A DNA stretch of 62,626 nt, counting the filler, from Chiloscyllium plagiosum (taxonomy: Eukaryota), in assembly GCF_004010195.1 (NCBI RefSeq). It is 5 parts of one record of this genome, joined end to end, with 100 filler letters (N's around TTAATTAATTAA, not from the genome) between each part and the next. Parts side by side here need not be neighbours in the genome. Positions count along the whole stretch, not along the records: positions 1 to 25,219 come from NC_057716.1; 4 more parts are not named here. One strand, 5' to 3'. Positions 11,530 through 24,049 of this stretch are shown piece after piece. Under the pieces are notes generated by a model. The model saw only the letters and a list, made by a program, of their open reading frames with translations, did no database searches and had not been told where the DNA came from. The position numbers were made by a program, and so were the translations under genes. Position 1 is the stretch's first letter, and each line of letters starts with the position of its first letter.

Positions 11530-11645
11530 GGGCAGGTGCTGTTTGATAGTTGGAGCTCGCTCTTCTCTGGGTCTCAGGCTCGTATCAAACCCAACACCCC
11601 CATCTACTCCTTTGACGGGAGAGACGTGCTTCAAGACCATGCCTG
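11530..11645 (+). CDS. COL18A1: Collagen XVIII-like exon: endostatin domain part 2
   Basis: cctttag|GGG CAG GTG CTG TTT...GCC TG|gtacgt, 116 bp, phase 0/2. Encodes GQVLFDSWSSLFSGSQARIKPNTPIYSFDGRDVLQDHA(W). Confidence 0.95.
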
Positions 11646-12311
11646 GTACGTGAAAGCTGCCTTTAGTTCATGCATCACTGTTAAGGTGGGAAAATACCTC
11701 GCGGCTCTACAGAGTGGTGGGAGGGAAAAGTACTGGAGACTATATCAAAAGAGTAAATGCTGGGAGGAAGAGAGCAGAAACCTGGGCTTTAAGGAGAAAG
11801 GGTTTAGGAGAGGAAATTCCAGAATAGCCCCCCACCATGGCCATGGGCTGGGAGGGAGAGTACAATGTTGTGCATGAGGTCAGAGGGCAGTAGTTATGGC
11901 TTGCGTGGAAATAGCATTTTACATGCAGTCAGGGACCCCCCCCAAAAACGCAGTGTAGTCACTCTTAGCTCAGAGGCGGAGGTTTTGGGTTCAATTCCCT
12001 CTCCAGAGTTGAACGCAAAGACTGAGCACGTCTTAAACACAGAGTGAAGGGTAAATACAGACCTAGGAAACGATTGGTGGAAATCCCACCCTTTCGACAA
12101 ATAGTTCCGTTCATTCCCCTGAGAGGGAAGGCATGTCCTTCGTTTAGCGCCTCATTCCAAAAGACGGTACATCTGATCCCGCAGCCCTCCCGCGGTACTA
12201 TACCGGCATTGTCGGCTTAAAGTTCCCACTCCAATCCCCAGAGTGGGGCTTGAACCCACATCCCTCTGACAGGGGTGAGGCTGCTTTACACTGGGCTCCA
12301 GCTCAGCGACA

Positions 12312-12906
12312 GGCTGGCGCCGGGAATGGAGAGTTTGAGTTATATGGATAGGCTTGGTCTTCTCTCACTGGACGAAAGTGAGGACTGCAGATGCTGGAGA
12401 TCAGAGTCTAGATTAGAGTGGTGCTGGAAAAGCACAGCAGGTCAGGCAGCATCCGAAAAGCAGGAAAATCTGCGTCTCAAAACGTTGATTGTCCTACTCC
12501 TCAGATGCTGCCTGACCTGCTGTGCTTTTCCAGCACCACTCTAATCCAGACTCTTTTTCTCACTGGAGCATAGGAGGTCAAGGGGTGACCTTATTGAGGT
12601 TTATAAAATCATGAGGGGTAAACATAAGGTGAAAGGCTGGTATCTTTTCCCTAGGGTGGGGGGGTTTCAAGACTAGGGGGTATATTTTTAAGGTGAGAAG
12701 CGAAAGATTTATTTTACACAGAATGAACTTCCAGAGGAAGTGGTGTTTGCACGTACAGTTACAACATTTGGATAAGTTCATGAATAAGAACGGTTTGGAG
12801 GGACATGAGCCAAGTACAGGCAGTTGGGACTAATTTAGTTTGGGATAATAGTAGGCATGGACTGGCAGGACCGAAGGGCCTGTTTCCATGCTGTACAACT
12901 CTGACA
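12312..12906 (+). mobile_element. CR1 3' part interrupted by a palindromic Penelope-derived insertion (12374-12553)
   Basis: The CR1 sequence PGMESLSYMDRLGL is split by the insert, and tctcactgga is duplicated on both sides. Confidence 0.8.
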
Positions 12907-12993
12907 GATTCTCACTTCCTTGGGTCCTGTTTCATTGACAGATTTTTTTTCCTATCTGTGTCTTTCCTGTCCTCCCTTTCCCCAATGCCTAAG

Positions 12994-13207
12994 GCCTGAG
13001 AAGTTCGTCTGGCATGGATCAGACTCCAGGGGCCGGCGCCTGTCACAGAGTTACTGTGAAGCCTGGAGGGAAGCCCAGGACAACAAAGTGGGAATGGCGT
13101 CGTCCCTGCTGAGCGGCCAACTCCTCGAACAGAGGCCTAGCCCCTGCTCCCATTCCTTCATTATCTTGTGCATCGAGAACAGCTACCTGCCTCACACCCG
13201 AAAGTAA
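12994..13207 (+). CDS. COL18A1: Collagen XVIII-like terminal coding exon: endostatin C-terminus and stop
   Basis: Polypyrimidine tract, then taag|G CCT GAG AAG. Encodes PEKFVWHGSDSRGRRLSQSYCEAWR...CSHSFIILCIENSYLPHTRK-stop. Phase 2 matches the previous exon. Confidence 0.97.
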
Positions 13208-16200
13208 GCAGGCCTCTCTCGCCGCCTCCCCCACCCACCCACCGTAAGAGAACACTGATCGCCCTCTCCGAGGTCATTATTTTTTGAAAACAATGTAACT
13301 TTTTGGAACGATTTGAGCAGGGTAAAATGGAAGAGAAGAGCAGAAAAGACCAAAGAGATCGGTTTTGAGTTAATCATTGAGATAACGTCACGATGATGAC
13401 CCAGCATGCACTGGGAAGGACCTGGAGGCACCTCACCTAATGCAGATCTCCACTGTGTACATGTAACGTTTAATATTTGTTTATGGAATGTTTGTGCGTG
13501 CAAGTGTTTTTTTATTTACTTACTTCCGAAAGTTAATCTTGTTTCCTTGGATTCCTCTGTAGTTGGCTCTTTTCCCAATCATTATCATTCAAATCGTGCT
13601 TTTTCTTTCTTTCTTTCTTTCTTTCGTCCCTCCCAAAATTGCAACTATATATTTCTACCGGCACTCTTTCGTTTAAAACAAAAAGATTGGTTGAAAGTCA
13701 CAATTACAAATGAGCATGTTCCTCTTTTCTTTTGCCTCTGAACCACGCACACAAGATGGCGCGAGAGGTGAGAGCGAGCCTCATTTTCCCAACTGGGCCT
13801 CGCTGTGCGTTGTCGGTTCCCACTCACCCTGAAGCTGCTCCGTTATCAAAAGGCACGCACAACTGTGCAGTCTTTCACCGGAGTTTGATTTGCTGAGGGC
13901 AGAGGGAGGCGAAGGGACATTAAAGATGGCGTTTCATTGGCAATTGGGCCACGAATTGCTTGGCCTCTCCCATCCCCACTCCCTCAATTTTGAAAAGCAA
14001 GTTGTGTGTGTGTGTGTGTGGGAGGGGGGAGGCGGAGTTTGGAAAAGCTCATCATTTTGTCTGTTATCAGACAGCCCTGGGAACAGGCTGGAGACTTTGT
14101 CCTGGACTTGACTCGTTTAATCGGCCCACTTGCACCTCTACCGCTGAATGGTGATGGTGGTTAGAGATTGGGGTGGTACAGTTAGATACCCCTTGGATGA
14201 GCGGGAGATGGAATCAAGGAGAGAGTTAGACAACCAGAGAAAAAAAGGATAACAATGACCACAAATGGACAGAAGTGGGAGTTATTTAAGGCTAGCTGAC
14301 GTCCATTCAAAAACGTATGCAGCCATTATAGCAGAGTTTGTCTATCAAAACATCAGAGGAAATTCCAGCCTTATTCTTTGCGGCATACAATAGGGCCTTG
14401 GAGGCAACATCTAAAGTCTTCCATCCATGGACTGCAATATGGATTTATGTTTGAAATCACCAGGACAGAGAGGTCTTTCTACTATGATCGTCCCATTATA
14501 AGGAGATAATAGAGCTCTTTATGAGAAACTTCCAGACACACAAAAATGCCAGTCGGTCACAGTGGCAGATGTAGTGATGTTCCCCATAGGACTCGGTTCC
14601 TGAATTTTAACAGATGGCTGTCACAATTCACACCGGGCAATGACAGCTCCACCCAGATTGACGCTTGGAGCTTCACGTCTATTCAATGGGTTTGTGGTTT
14701 AATGCAGTCGGCACAAGAGAATGCCAAATTCCAGAGAGGCTTGAGAGGTGATGAATTGTTAGAAACTTAGAACACTGACAGAAGCCTTGCGTCCAATATT
14801 TCTCCTTATTTTTGGCCGATTGTTTTACTGAACCACCCCTCTGTGTAAAACCATTTCTCTGTATCCCCGTTCTCCCAATTCATTTGAATTGATGAAAATT
14901 TTGTAAAGGTGGAGTATTTGTGAAGAATGGTCCTGATTATGTTCTTAATCCTCCTCAGCACCCAAGATGTTTCCATTCGTGAATGCCTAGTTTCCTTCAG
15001 TTTTTCTTCCCCCCCACGTGTGTTTCTAATATATTGGACGGCTGATATTTGAAAACTCAAAATGCGTCACCCAAGTTAGAAATAACTTGCCAGTAAAGTT
15101 TTGCTAAAACAAGAACATCTGCTGTGCTAATTGGCCAGCACTGCACAACAACAGAGGAATGTTCCAGAAGTTTGTCACTGCTTGTAGCCTTCAACTGTGT
15201 GGAAGAGGTTCCTGGTCAGTGCACAAGGTAGTCAGCTTCCATGAAAACTTGCTACACCTCCTGAAAGCCAGGGTGCAGTGAAGAGACAGTCATGTTACGG
15301 TCGTGTAGATATTGTTACAGCTCTAGTAATCAGAAGGAGTTCACATCCCAGGCTTTGAGAAATTGAAACTCGGTTTTAAAAGGAGAATTAGGAATCTCGA
15401 AGTCAAAATGCTGGTCTCAGCAACAACATTTATTGAAAGAAATCCACCATTCTCCCCTGGGTCTGGCCTACATACAGCCCTGATCCCGCAACTGGTAGGC
15501 CGAACAAAGCAAAATACTGCAGATGCTGGAAATGCAAAAGGAAAACAGATGCTACCAGACCTGCTGAATATTTCCGCAGAGTCAGAAAAACAGAATTAAG
15601 TCCAGTATGATCCCTCTACGGGAAGTAACTCTTGTTTCTCTCTCCCCAGATACTGCCAGATCTGCTGAGTTATTCCAGCACTCCGTCTCTTTTTTTTTAC
15701 TTCAGATTTCCCCAGACTCTGCAGGATTCTGCATTTATTTCAATGTTTTGACAGAACAGGTTGCTTCTTAACCGTCCCCTGTTGAACTTAAACTCTGTAG
15801 CTGTGCATAAAATGGTGGTCGATGTTGAAAATGAAGTTTGCGTTTGCGCAGTTTCTGACGAACAGTCGCTCTTTTTTTTCATTAAGTGGGCACATTTTAG
15901 CCAGGAAAGCTTACACCAGTTGGGAAAACAAGGAGGTGAGTTTTTTTTTGAACCTCTGACACCCCAGCTCCCACCCCTAGGCCTGGTCTGATTACTTCAA
16001 TGGTTGGGAAGAGGGGGGGGCGGGTTTGCAATACAAGATAATGCCAATTCCTCACACTGGCTGAGGTTACCATTGTAGATCCCACCCTTTCCCCTCAGCT
16101 TGAGCTCACCATCCATTGTCTCTCCTCTAATGAACCCCATTGCCCTCTGGGACAATGGTGACCATACCTTGGTCTATATTGGGTCACTTGTGCCCATGAA

Positions 16201-17064
16201 TGACCATGAGTCGATGCCTAAGTTGGGCCAGTGGTTGGCTCTGAAACTCTGATCCCAATCACATGATCTATTCTATCCAAGCAACAGACTCCCACACTCT
16301 TGCCCCTGACCACCCGTGCCCTGGTCACTGAACTTCCAAGACCAATAAAAGAATGTTCCTCATCCAGTCGCCTGATCCTTCACAATCGGTCGCCAGCTCT
16401 TGCTTCCCCATGTCTGGTCACTGAAACAAAAGCGCTCCAGGAATTTTTCTCTCAGACAGGACAATGTTTTCTCCAGAACTGCTCTCAGTAACGTGCTGGA
16501 GATTTTGCCATCAAACCCTAGAGACTCCACACCAACCAGCCTGTTCAAGAGATGGTTGGGTGGGTGTATTTGCTCATCTGCAGCCTTGACAGAGTCTGGT
16601 TATGTTCCCGTTCCAACGTGTACAAAGCAGGAACAGTTCAATCTTTGAATCTTGTGTTGGGTGAATGAATTCCATATTGGCACACGCGGCAAATGAAAAC
16701 ATAATTTCTTTAGAAATCCCAGCTGAAAATTAAGAAATCTGAAGCTTTTCCCCTTTGCAATCGAAGCAATTTTGTTTTTCCGTCACTTAAGGAAACTGCC
16801 CCCAGTGTCCTGCTTCAGACCACTTGGCACTGATCCCACGTGGGACCCAGTTAGCTCGGGTCATTACGGGGACATGGTTTGTATTCCAGCTGATCTAGCG
16901 AAGCGAGTGCCTGCACTGAATGCAACATTTAATCTTTCAAGAGTACACACTGCATCCTGTACTAACAGCAAAGGTGCTACAATTAAAACCTGTGAACGTG
17001 AGCGGGCACATACTGTAGCTCTCTGTAACCTTGATGTTCAGTAAACACTTCTTACAAAATACCG

Positions 17065-17070
17065 AATAAA
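17065..17070 (+). terminator. Probable polyadenylation signal of the collagen gene
   Basis: AATAAA followed about 25-50 nt later by GT/T-rich sequence (ggctgtgttttgagtggaagtgtttgtt). It ends a TE-poor, UTR-like stretch. A second AATAAA lies at 16344-16349. Confidence 0.5.
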
Positions 17071-17634
17071 AATTATAAAGCCCTCTTATCTCTCGCTGGC
17101 TGTGTTTTGAGTGGAAGTGTTTGTTAGGAGCAATCTGTTATTTGGCCCTGATTGATTCTTGTTTTGTGTTATGCGTGTGGCTGCTTTAGAACACAAGATC
17201 TATATCGGCAAACTTTATTTGTTTTTGTAACAATATTGTGCACGTTCCTTACATATACTAAAAGACAATTAACCCAATCTCTAGCAACGTGCTGATTGAT
17301 ACCACAGTGTAGGACTGAAGGAGTGCTGCCTGGTCAGAGGTGCTGTATTTTAGATAAAACACAAAACTGAAGGCTTTACTTATCACGTGGGTTGCAAGAA
17401 AATATAAAGTAGGAATGGTTCTCCATTATTTATTCCTCCAACAACATCTTCAAAACCGATCATATACTACATAATTTCAGTCCAGTTCTGGCCAAAACAT
17501 TTTAGAAAAGGAGAGGAGGGTCCTTGAGCAGATTGACTACGTGGTTCCAGGGACAAGGGATTTAGACACAAGGTTAGGTTTGAGAAGCTGGAGTTGTTCT
17601 CCTTCGAGCAAAGGGGATGGAGGTGAATGAGATT

Positions 17635-18035
17635 ATTAGAACCCAAGAGCTAGGAGCAGGAATAGGCACTTCAGCCCCTTGAGCCTGCTCCGCCATTTTA
17701 TACAATCATGGCTGATCTCATCTCGGCGTCAATTCCACTTTCCTCCCCTTCAACTTAATGCGAATTAAAACTCGGTCTTTCTCCTCCTCAAACTTACTCA
17801 ATGTCCCGGCATCCACTGAACTCTGGGGTAGTGAATTCCACAGATTCACGCTCCTTAGAAAGCTAATTCCTTCTCATCTCTGTTTATTATCTGTGACCCC
17901 TCATCCTAAAGCTATGACCGCTCATTCTGGCTTGCCCCATGAGGAAATATCCTCCCTGCATCTGCTTTATTGATCCTCTTCAGCAACGTATATACCTCGA
18001 TTACATCACCCCTCAGTTTTCTAAACTCTGGAGAC
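17635..18035 (-). mobile_element. CR1 LINE 3' end
   Basis: aggagcaggaataggc...gagcctgctccgccatt 3' UTR and gaattcccacag (LWNS on the minus strand) motif. Confidence 0.75.
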
Positions 18036-18097
18036 TAGATTATGTAAAGTAAATAAAGAACAGCTTGTCGGACACCGATTTGGATAAGAGGTGCAGG

Positions 18098-18218
18098 TCA
18101 TGTGGGGGAAACGTGAGAAAGGTGTTTGTCTGCAGCAACCTGGAGCTTGCTGTATAAGAGCTGAATGTGGAGACGATCAATATTTTCAGATGGAAATGGG
18201 TGTTTGAGGGACATAAAG
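18098..18218 (-). CDS. Candidate terminal exon of the CNBD2-like gene (uncertain)
   Basis: On the minus strand, ccctacctttcatag|C TTT ATG TCC CTC... is phase-compatible with the donor at 26104 and reads FMSLKHPFPSENIDRLHIQ...SPT-stop. Similarity to CNBD2 is weak, and the exon lies across an assembly spacer. Confidence 0.25.
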
Positions 18219-19459
18219 CTATGAAAGGTAGGGTATGGGAGTGGGGGAGCGCTGTGCAAAGGAGCCAATGGCTTCCCTCTGTGCAACGATTGATTCTCCA
18301 ATGTGTTTTTTTTTAAAATTAGGAGGGACCACGTGGCCGGTTTGTACAGAGTAACATCCCAGAAGCAACAATGAGATAAAGAGCAGAGCTTCTGTTTTGA
18401 GTGACATTGCCCGAGGGATAAATACCGACCAGAACACCATGGAGAAGACTCTACTCTCTAAAGGGGAACTGTCAGTCTTGCAGCGAAAGTCACTTTAATG
18501 TTGCAGTTTGAAGAGTGAGATCCATGGCTGCCTTTGCACAAGTAGGATATCCAGCTCAAAGCGTCTGGCCCCCACAATGGTTGGCAAGCCAGCTATTGGC
18601 TGTGTTGAATCACCCCTGCCACCACATTTTTATTTACACCAGCTTCACCCGTTCAGCATGAGTCCTTGCCCCTGGTCAGCAGGCTGGTCACTGGACACAG
18701 CAGAGGTGTGGCAGGGACAAGAGCTACCATTATAGGCAGCCAAATCGGGTTTACCACAGCATTGCCCTGCTGCGCCAGCTCTCAGTAAAAGGTTATTTGG
18801 AAAATGCGGACGTCGTCGGGCAAACTATGCTAACTTTCACACAGCAAGGTCCCACCCACAGCATGTGTATGAAGCAATAGCTGGGCCGTATTTTCTGGGG
18901 CTGTTGGTTGAGGGAGCAATATTGGGCCGGGACAATGGAGGAACTCCACACTTTCATCCGAGTGCTTCAGGCAGGCTGACAGCAATCAGAAGCCGACATT
19001 GCAGCAGAATGGCAATGATCTACAGGGGTTGGGAAGCCTCCTCTGCGCTAACTGAACATGTTTATTAGCTGGAAGGCAGCATAGATTCCGTTTGTGTGAA
19101 ATTCCAAAAGCTAGACTGGTACAACAGCAGCATAAGGCTCCAGAGAGTTGCCAGGCCCTTGGGGAATAAAGGAAGAGGTCATCCAGCCCCTGCAGCCTCT
19201 TGTACCACTCGGTGAGACCAGTTTGAACAACTCAAGTTGATCAGGTATGGTCAAAGATGTAGCTTCACTGGGCGCTCCTGCAGATCTGAAAACAAGCAGG
19301 AAAGGGAAGGGGTTCAGCTGGTGGGTTTAAGGTGCAGCATTCAAATGATTCAGAGGTCTTCCTCCAAAGCTGTCCTCATGCAATAATCATGTGTGTGTTA
19401 GAGAGACAAAAGGAAGACCAGTTACAGTGATGTAGTAATCCATACAACCATAGAAAATA

Positions 19460-19790
19460 GGTGGCATGGTAGCTCAGTGGTTAGCACTGTTGCCTCACAG
19501 TGTCAGGGACCTGGGTTCAATTCCAGTCTCGGGCAAATGTGGAGTTTGCACATTCTCTCCGTGTCTATGTGGGTTTCCTCCGGGTGCTCTGGTTTCCTCC
19601 CACAGTCCAAAGATGTGCAGGTCAGGATGGATTGGCCGTGCTAAATTGCCCATAATGTCCAGGCTGGGTGGGTTAGTCATGGGAAATGCAGGGTTACAGA
19701 GATAAAGTAGGGGGATGGGTCTGGATGGGATACTCTTCAGAGGGTCAGTGTGGACTTGATGGGCCGAACGGCCTGCTTCCACACCATAGG
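19460..19790 (+). mobile_element. HE1-type V-SINE
   Basis: TGGTAGCTCAGTGGTTAGCAC A box, GGTTCAATTCC B box, V-domain and CR1-like tail. Confidence 0.9.
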
Positions 19791-20939
19791 AGTTCGCTGA
19801 AAAGTTCTGGCACAGAATGAGGATGCTGTGCCTGTTTTGATACCCACAATCAACAGCGTGATAATGACCATAAGACATAGGAGCTGAGGTAGACCATTCA
19901 ATGAGTTTGTGGCTGATCTGTTCATCCTCAACTCCACTTTCCTGTCTTTCCCCCAAAACCCTTGATGCCCCTTACTGATTAAAACTCGATCTACTTCAGT
20001 ATTGAATTATACAGCTCTCTGCAGCAAAGGCATCCACAGATGTACAACCATCTGAGAGAAGAAATTCCTCCTCCTTTCTTCTTCAATGTGTAACCCCTTA
20101 TTCTGAAATTATGCCCTGTGGTCTGCCTCCAATGTCATAGTATCTTTGCTTAGATAATGGGAGCAAAACTGTTCACTGTATTCCAGTTATGATCTGACCT
20201 GTAGCTAGTGTAGTTTTAGCAAGATTCCCCTATTTTATACTCACTCTCTTTCAAGTAAAGGCTAACCACTCCATTTGCCTTTCCTGTTACTGACTGAGCT
20301 TCTAAGCTCGCTTTTTGTGATTCATTCACAAGGACTGTGGACAGCAAGGGTCTGTTTCCATGCTGTGCGACCCTTTGACTCCCAAACCCCTCTGCTCTGT
20401 AGCTTTCTGCATTCCTTCTCCATCTAAGCAATAATCTGCACCTCTCTTCCTGCCAAAGTGCACGGACCTCACATTTTCCCACATTATATTCCATGTGCCA
20501 AATTTTCGCCCATTTCCTTGACTTGCCTATATCCCTCTGCGGACTCAGTCATCCTCAACTTCCCAGATTTTATTGTCCCTCTTTATTGTTTGGTAGTCTT
20601 TTGTTGGTTTTTAAAATTTTCCCAATCATCTGGTTTACTACTAATCTTTGCCACATTGTAGGTTCTTTTTTATGCGATCCTTAATTTCCCTAGTTAATTG
20701 TGATTGCCATGTCCCCTTTCTAGAATCCTTCTTTCTCACTGGGATGTATCTTTGCTGTGTATCTGCCATTGTTCCTGAACCATCTTTGTTGTTCAACCCC
20801 TTTCCCTGCCCACTCCAGCTATAATTCTGCCTTCATTGCACGATTAAACTAAAGCACAGTTGTTTCCAATCCAAATCCCTCTCTCTCAAACTGAATACAT
20901 TGTTATGATCACTGTTTCCGAGGGGATCTTTGACATCAT

Positions 20940-21640
20940 TTATTATACAGTGAACGGAAGAGCCTTGGGAAAAGTTGATGGACAGAGAGATCTGGGAATG
21001 CAGGTCCATTGTACCCTGAAGGTTGCTGCACAGGTGGATAGAGTGGTCAAGAAGGGGTATTGAGTATAAGAGCTGGCAAGTCATGTTAAAATTGTACGCA
21101 ACGTTGGTTCGGCCACATTTAGAATACTGTGTACAGTTCTGGTCGCCACATTACCAAAAGGATGTGGACGCTTTGGTGAGGGTGCAGAGAAGGTTTACCA
21201 GGATGTTGCCTGGTATGGAAGGTGCTAGCTATGAAGAGAGGTTGAGTAGGTTAGGTTTATTTTCATTAGAAAAAAGGAGATTGAGGGGGGGCCTGATTGA
21301 AGTGTATAGACAGGGTAGATTGAGGTAAGCTTTTCCCCAGGGTGAAGGATTCAATAAAGAAAGGTCATGCTTTCAAGCTGAGAGGTGGAAGGTTTAAGGG
21401 AGATACACGCAGCAAGTACTTTACACAGAGGGTGGTGGGTGCCCCAAACGTGTTGCCAGCAGAGGCAGGCACAGTAGATTCATTTAAGATGCGCCTGGAC
21501 AGATGCATGAGTAGGTGGGGAGCAGAGGGATACAGATGCTTAGGAATTGGGCAACAGGTTTAGACAGTAGATTTGGATCGGCTCAGGCTTGGAGGGCCGA
21601 AGGGCCTGTTCCTGGGCTGTAAATTTTCTTTGTTCTTTGT
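20940..21640 (+). mobile_element. CR1 LINE 3' part
   Basis: Encodes LYATLVRPHLEYCVQFWSPHY and YEERLSRLGLFSLEKRRLRG. Confidence 0.9.
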
Positions 21641-23183
21641 AATCTGCCTCATTACACATTCACCAGGTAGAAACTATCCTGCTGCTGGGATGGATCCACA
21701 GCATTGTTCTCAGAAACTGTCCTTACTGTACCGTGAATTCTTCTCATGGCTATCTCTGCCAGCCTGACTATTCCAATTTACATGAAGGTTAAAGTCACCC
21801 ATGATTAATCTACTGCCTTTGTTACACACTCTCACCATCTCCTGATGTACAGCTACAGTTCAGGGGCCTATAGACTAATCTGACCAGTGTCTTCTTCCCC
21901 TTTGTGTTCTTACCTGCACCCATATGGACTGTGTGTCTTCTGATGCAAGATCATTTCTTGCTATCATACGTATTCCATTCTGTACTGACAACGCTACACC
22001 CTTTACTTCCTATGTGTCCTTTCAAAGTATAAAAAGATAGTTCTCAGTTTTGACCACCTTGTAACAATGATTCGGTAAATGACAGTAAGATAATTGCCAT
22101 TAACATGGATGTGTGACCAAAATTCATTTATTTTCTGTTCCAAATACTCTGAGCATGTTGACATTTGGCCCTATTTACTGCTGGTTTTCTATACTTCTTG
22201 TTCCCTCTGTCCCCTCTCTTTCTACTCTGGGCGCCATTATCCAAACAGCTGCCCTGTAATGCTGCAAATGCTTTTGCTCTCTCCCAACCTCCCCCACCCC
22301 CTACCAGTAATTAATTTCAAGCCCTCTCTCCAGCCTTAGATTCACCAGGACACTGCTAAGACAGTTCAGTTGAAGTCCATTCCAGCAATACACATTCCTT
22401 CTACCAGTGCCCCATGAACTGAAACCCATAACACACACACACCAATCTCTACGTCAGACATTTAACCCCTTGACTTTATTTACCCTAATCCCAGTTTGCC
22501 TGTGGTTCAGGCAGTAATCCAGAGAACATCATCTTGGAGATTCTGCCTTCTCATTTAGCTCCAAACTCTTTAAAACCTTTCAGCAGAACCTCCTTTCTTT
22601 TCCTGTTGGTACTAATGTGGACAACTGCTAGAAACTTCCCCTCCCTCTCTAAGTTTGTCTTCAGTCTCAAAAAGATGTCCTTACCCTTGGTACCAAACAG
22701 GCTCCACATGCTTCGGGACTCCTGCTCATGGTTGCGGTGAAAGTATCTGTCCCAGTAATTACACTGTCCTATTACAACCACATTCCTGTTTCCTTCCCCC
22801 ACTTGATTTGCTCCCTGTATCAAGGTGACATGGATAGGATGCTTCTCCCTGAAGTTCCACTCTCATCTGAACAGCTTGCAAGGATGTTGTCACTGTCAGA
22901 CAATTGAAAAGATCAAAACTCCTCAACTGCAAACTCCAGGTCTTCAAACCTGGCTCACATGCAGTCACTTTCAAAAGCCTTATCAGAAAGCTGTCAAGGT
23001 AATCTTACCTTTCCCTGATGTGGCGCAACGTCTGCAGCTCAGCTTCCACCTCCTCACCTCAGATCGAAAGTTCCTCATTTTGCAACACTTGCTACAGACG
23101 TGTTCACATTGGTGTCCAGCAGTGTCCACCTGCTGTAGCTGCAATACATCACCCATCCTACCTTCACCATTGTATCTGATTTA

Positions 23184-23474
23184 ACGGTGGCTCAGTGGTT
23201 AGCACTGCTGCCTCACAGCACCAGGGTCCCAGGTTTGATTCCAGCCTCAGGTGACTGTGTGGAGTTTGCCCATTCTCCGTGTGTCTGCATGGGTTTCCTC
23301 CCACAGTCCAAAGGTGTGCGGGTCAGGTGGATCAGCCATGCTAAAGTGCCCATAATATTAGGTGCATTAGTCAGAGGGAAATGGGTCTGGGTGGGTTACT
23401 CTTCGGAGGGCTGGTGTGGACTTGTTGGGCCAAAGGGCCTGTTTCTGCACTGTAGGGAATCTAATCTAATCTAA
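23184..23474 (+). mobile_element. HE1-type V-SINE
   Basis: A/B boxes, V-domain and an (ATCTA)n tail. Confidence 0.9.
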
Positions 23475-24049
23475 AACTCACCAGTACCGATTTGATTCGT
23501 AAGCAGCCATGATAAGGAAAGAGAGATGTGAGAAAGAAACCCACTGGGCACCTAAATACAAACTGAAGACCTTACCTGTACCTGAAAGACTAGAAACATT
23601 CACCAATCCTACTCAGCTATCAGCTTCTTCCCTTGTTCTCGCCTTGTGCTGTGAATTGTGAGGTCTCTCTGGTTGTGGTCTCACTGTAGATTGGCCTCTC
23701 AATCCACACCTTCATCCTCTCCCACTTACCTCTTCACTCCTTGTAGTGAAACCTTAGTTAACGCACCACTGTCCCTTTCTTTGCACTGAATTCCCACAGT
23801 GAACCAAATTTCCAACAGGATAGTGGCTCACCCAGCCTTCACTTCACTCAATTGAAATCTCCTGCACGATGACCAGGCCCTCAGTGACCCGGGTGTATCA
23901 ATTGCTGGATAAAGGTCAGCCAGCCAGATAAAGGAAAGCCTCCTGCTCTTCTTTAAAGAGAAGGACGGGCAGGGGCTTGGCTTAACATCTCATTAAGGCG
24001 GGGCTCCAACACTGCACTACTCTTGTTTCCAAGATGTGAGAGGCAGCCG

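Larger units (their letters stand above)
19866..23700 (-). mobile_element. Old, internally deleted CR1 LINE (ORF1 to 3' UTR) with nested insertions
   Basis: 3' UTR at about 19870, RT remnants (MEYNVGKCEV), endonuclease remnant PLGNSDHN, and an ORF1 Cys/coiled-coil remnant near 23000-23160. Interrupted by a CR1 at 20940-21640 and a SINE at 23184-23474. Confidence 0.65.

Noticed and set aside
14790..15040. 10-bp inverted repeat CGTCCAATAT / ATATTGGACG as MITE ends
   Set aside because: Too short, no TSD, and no second copy in the window.
19111..19285. Minus-strand acceptor-like site (cctttcctgcttgttttcag) with an open phase-2 frame
   Set aside because: The translation has no recognisable similarity to CNBD2 and cannot be supported without RNA data.
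19460..19530. tRNA gene (also at 11200-11275, 23184, 30066 and 42410)
   Set aside because: The A/B boxes belong to tRNA-derived SINE heads followed by the V-domain.
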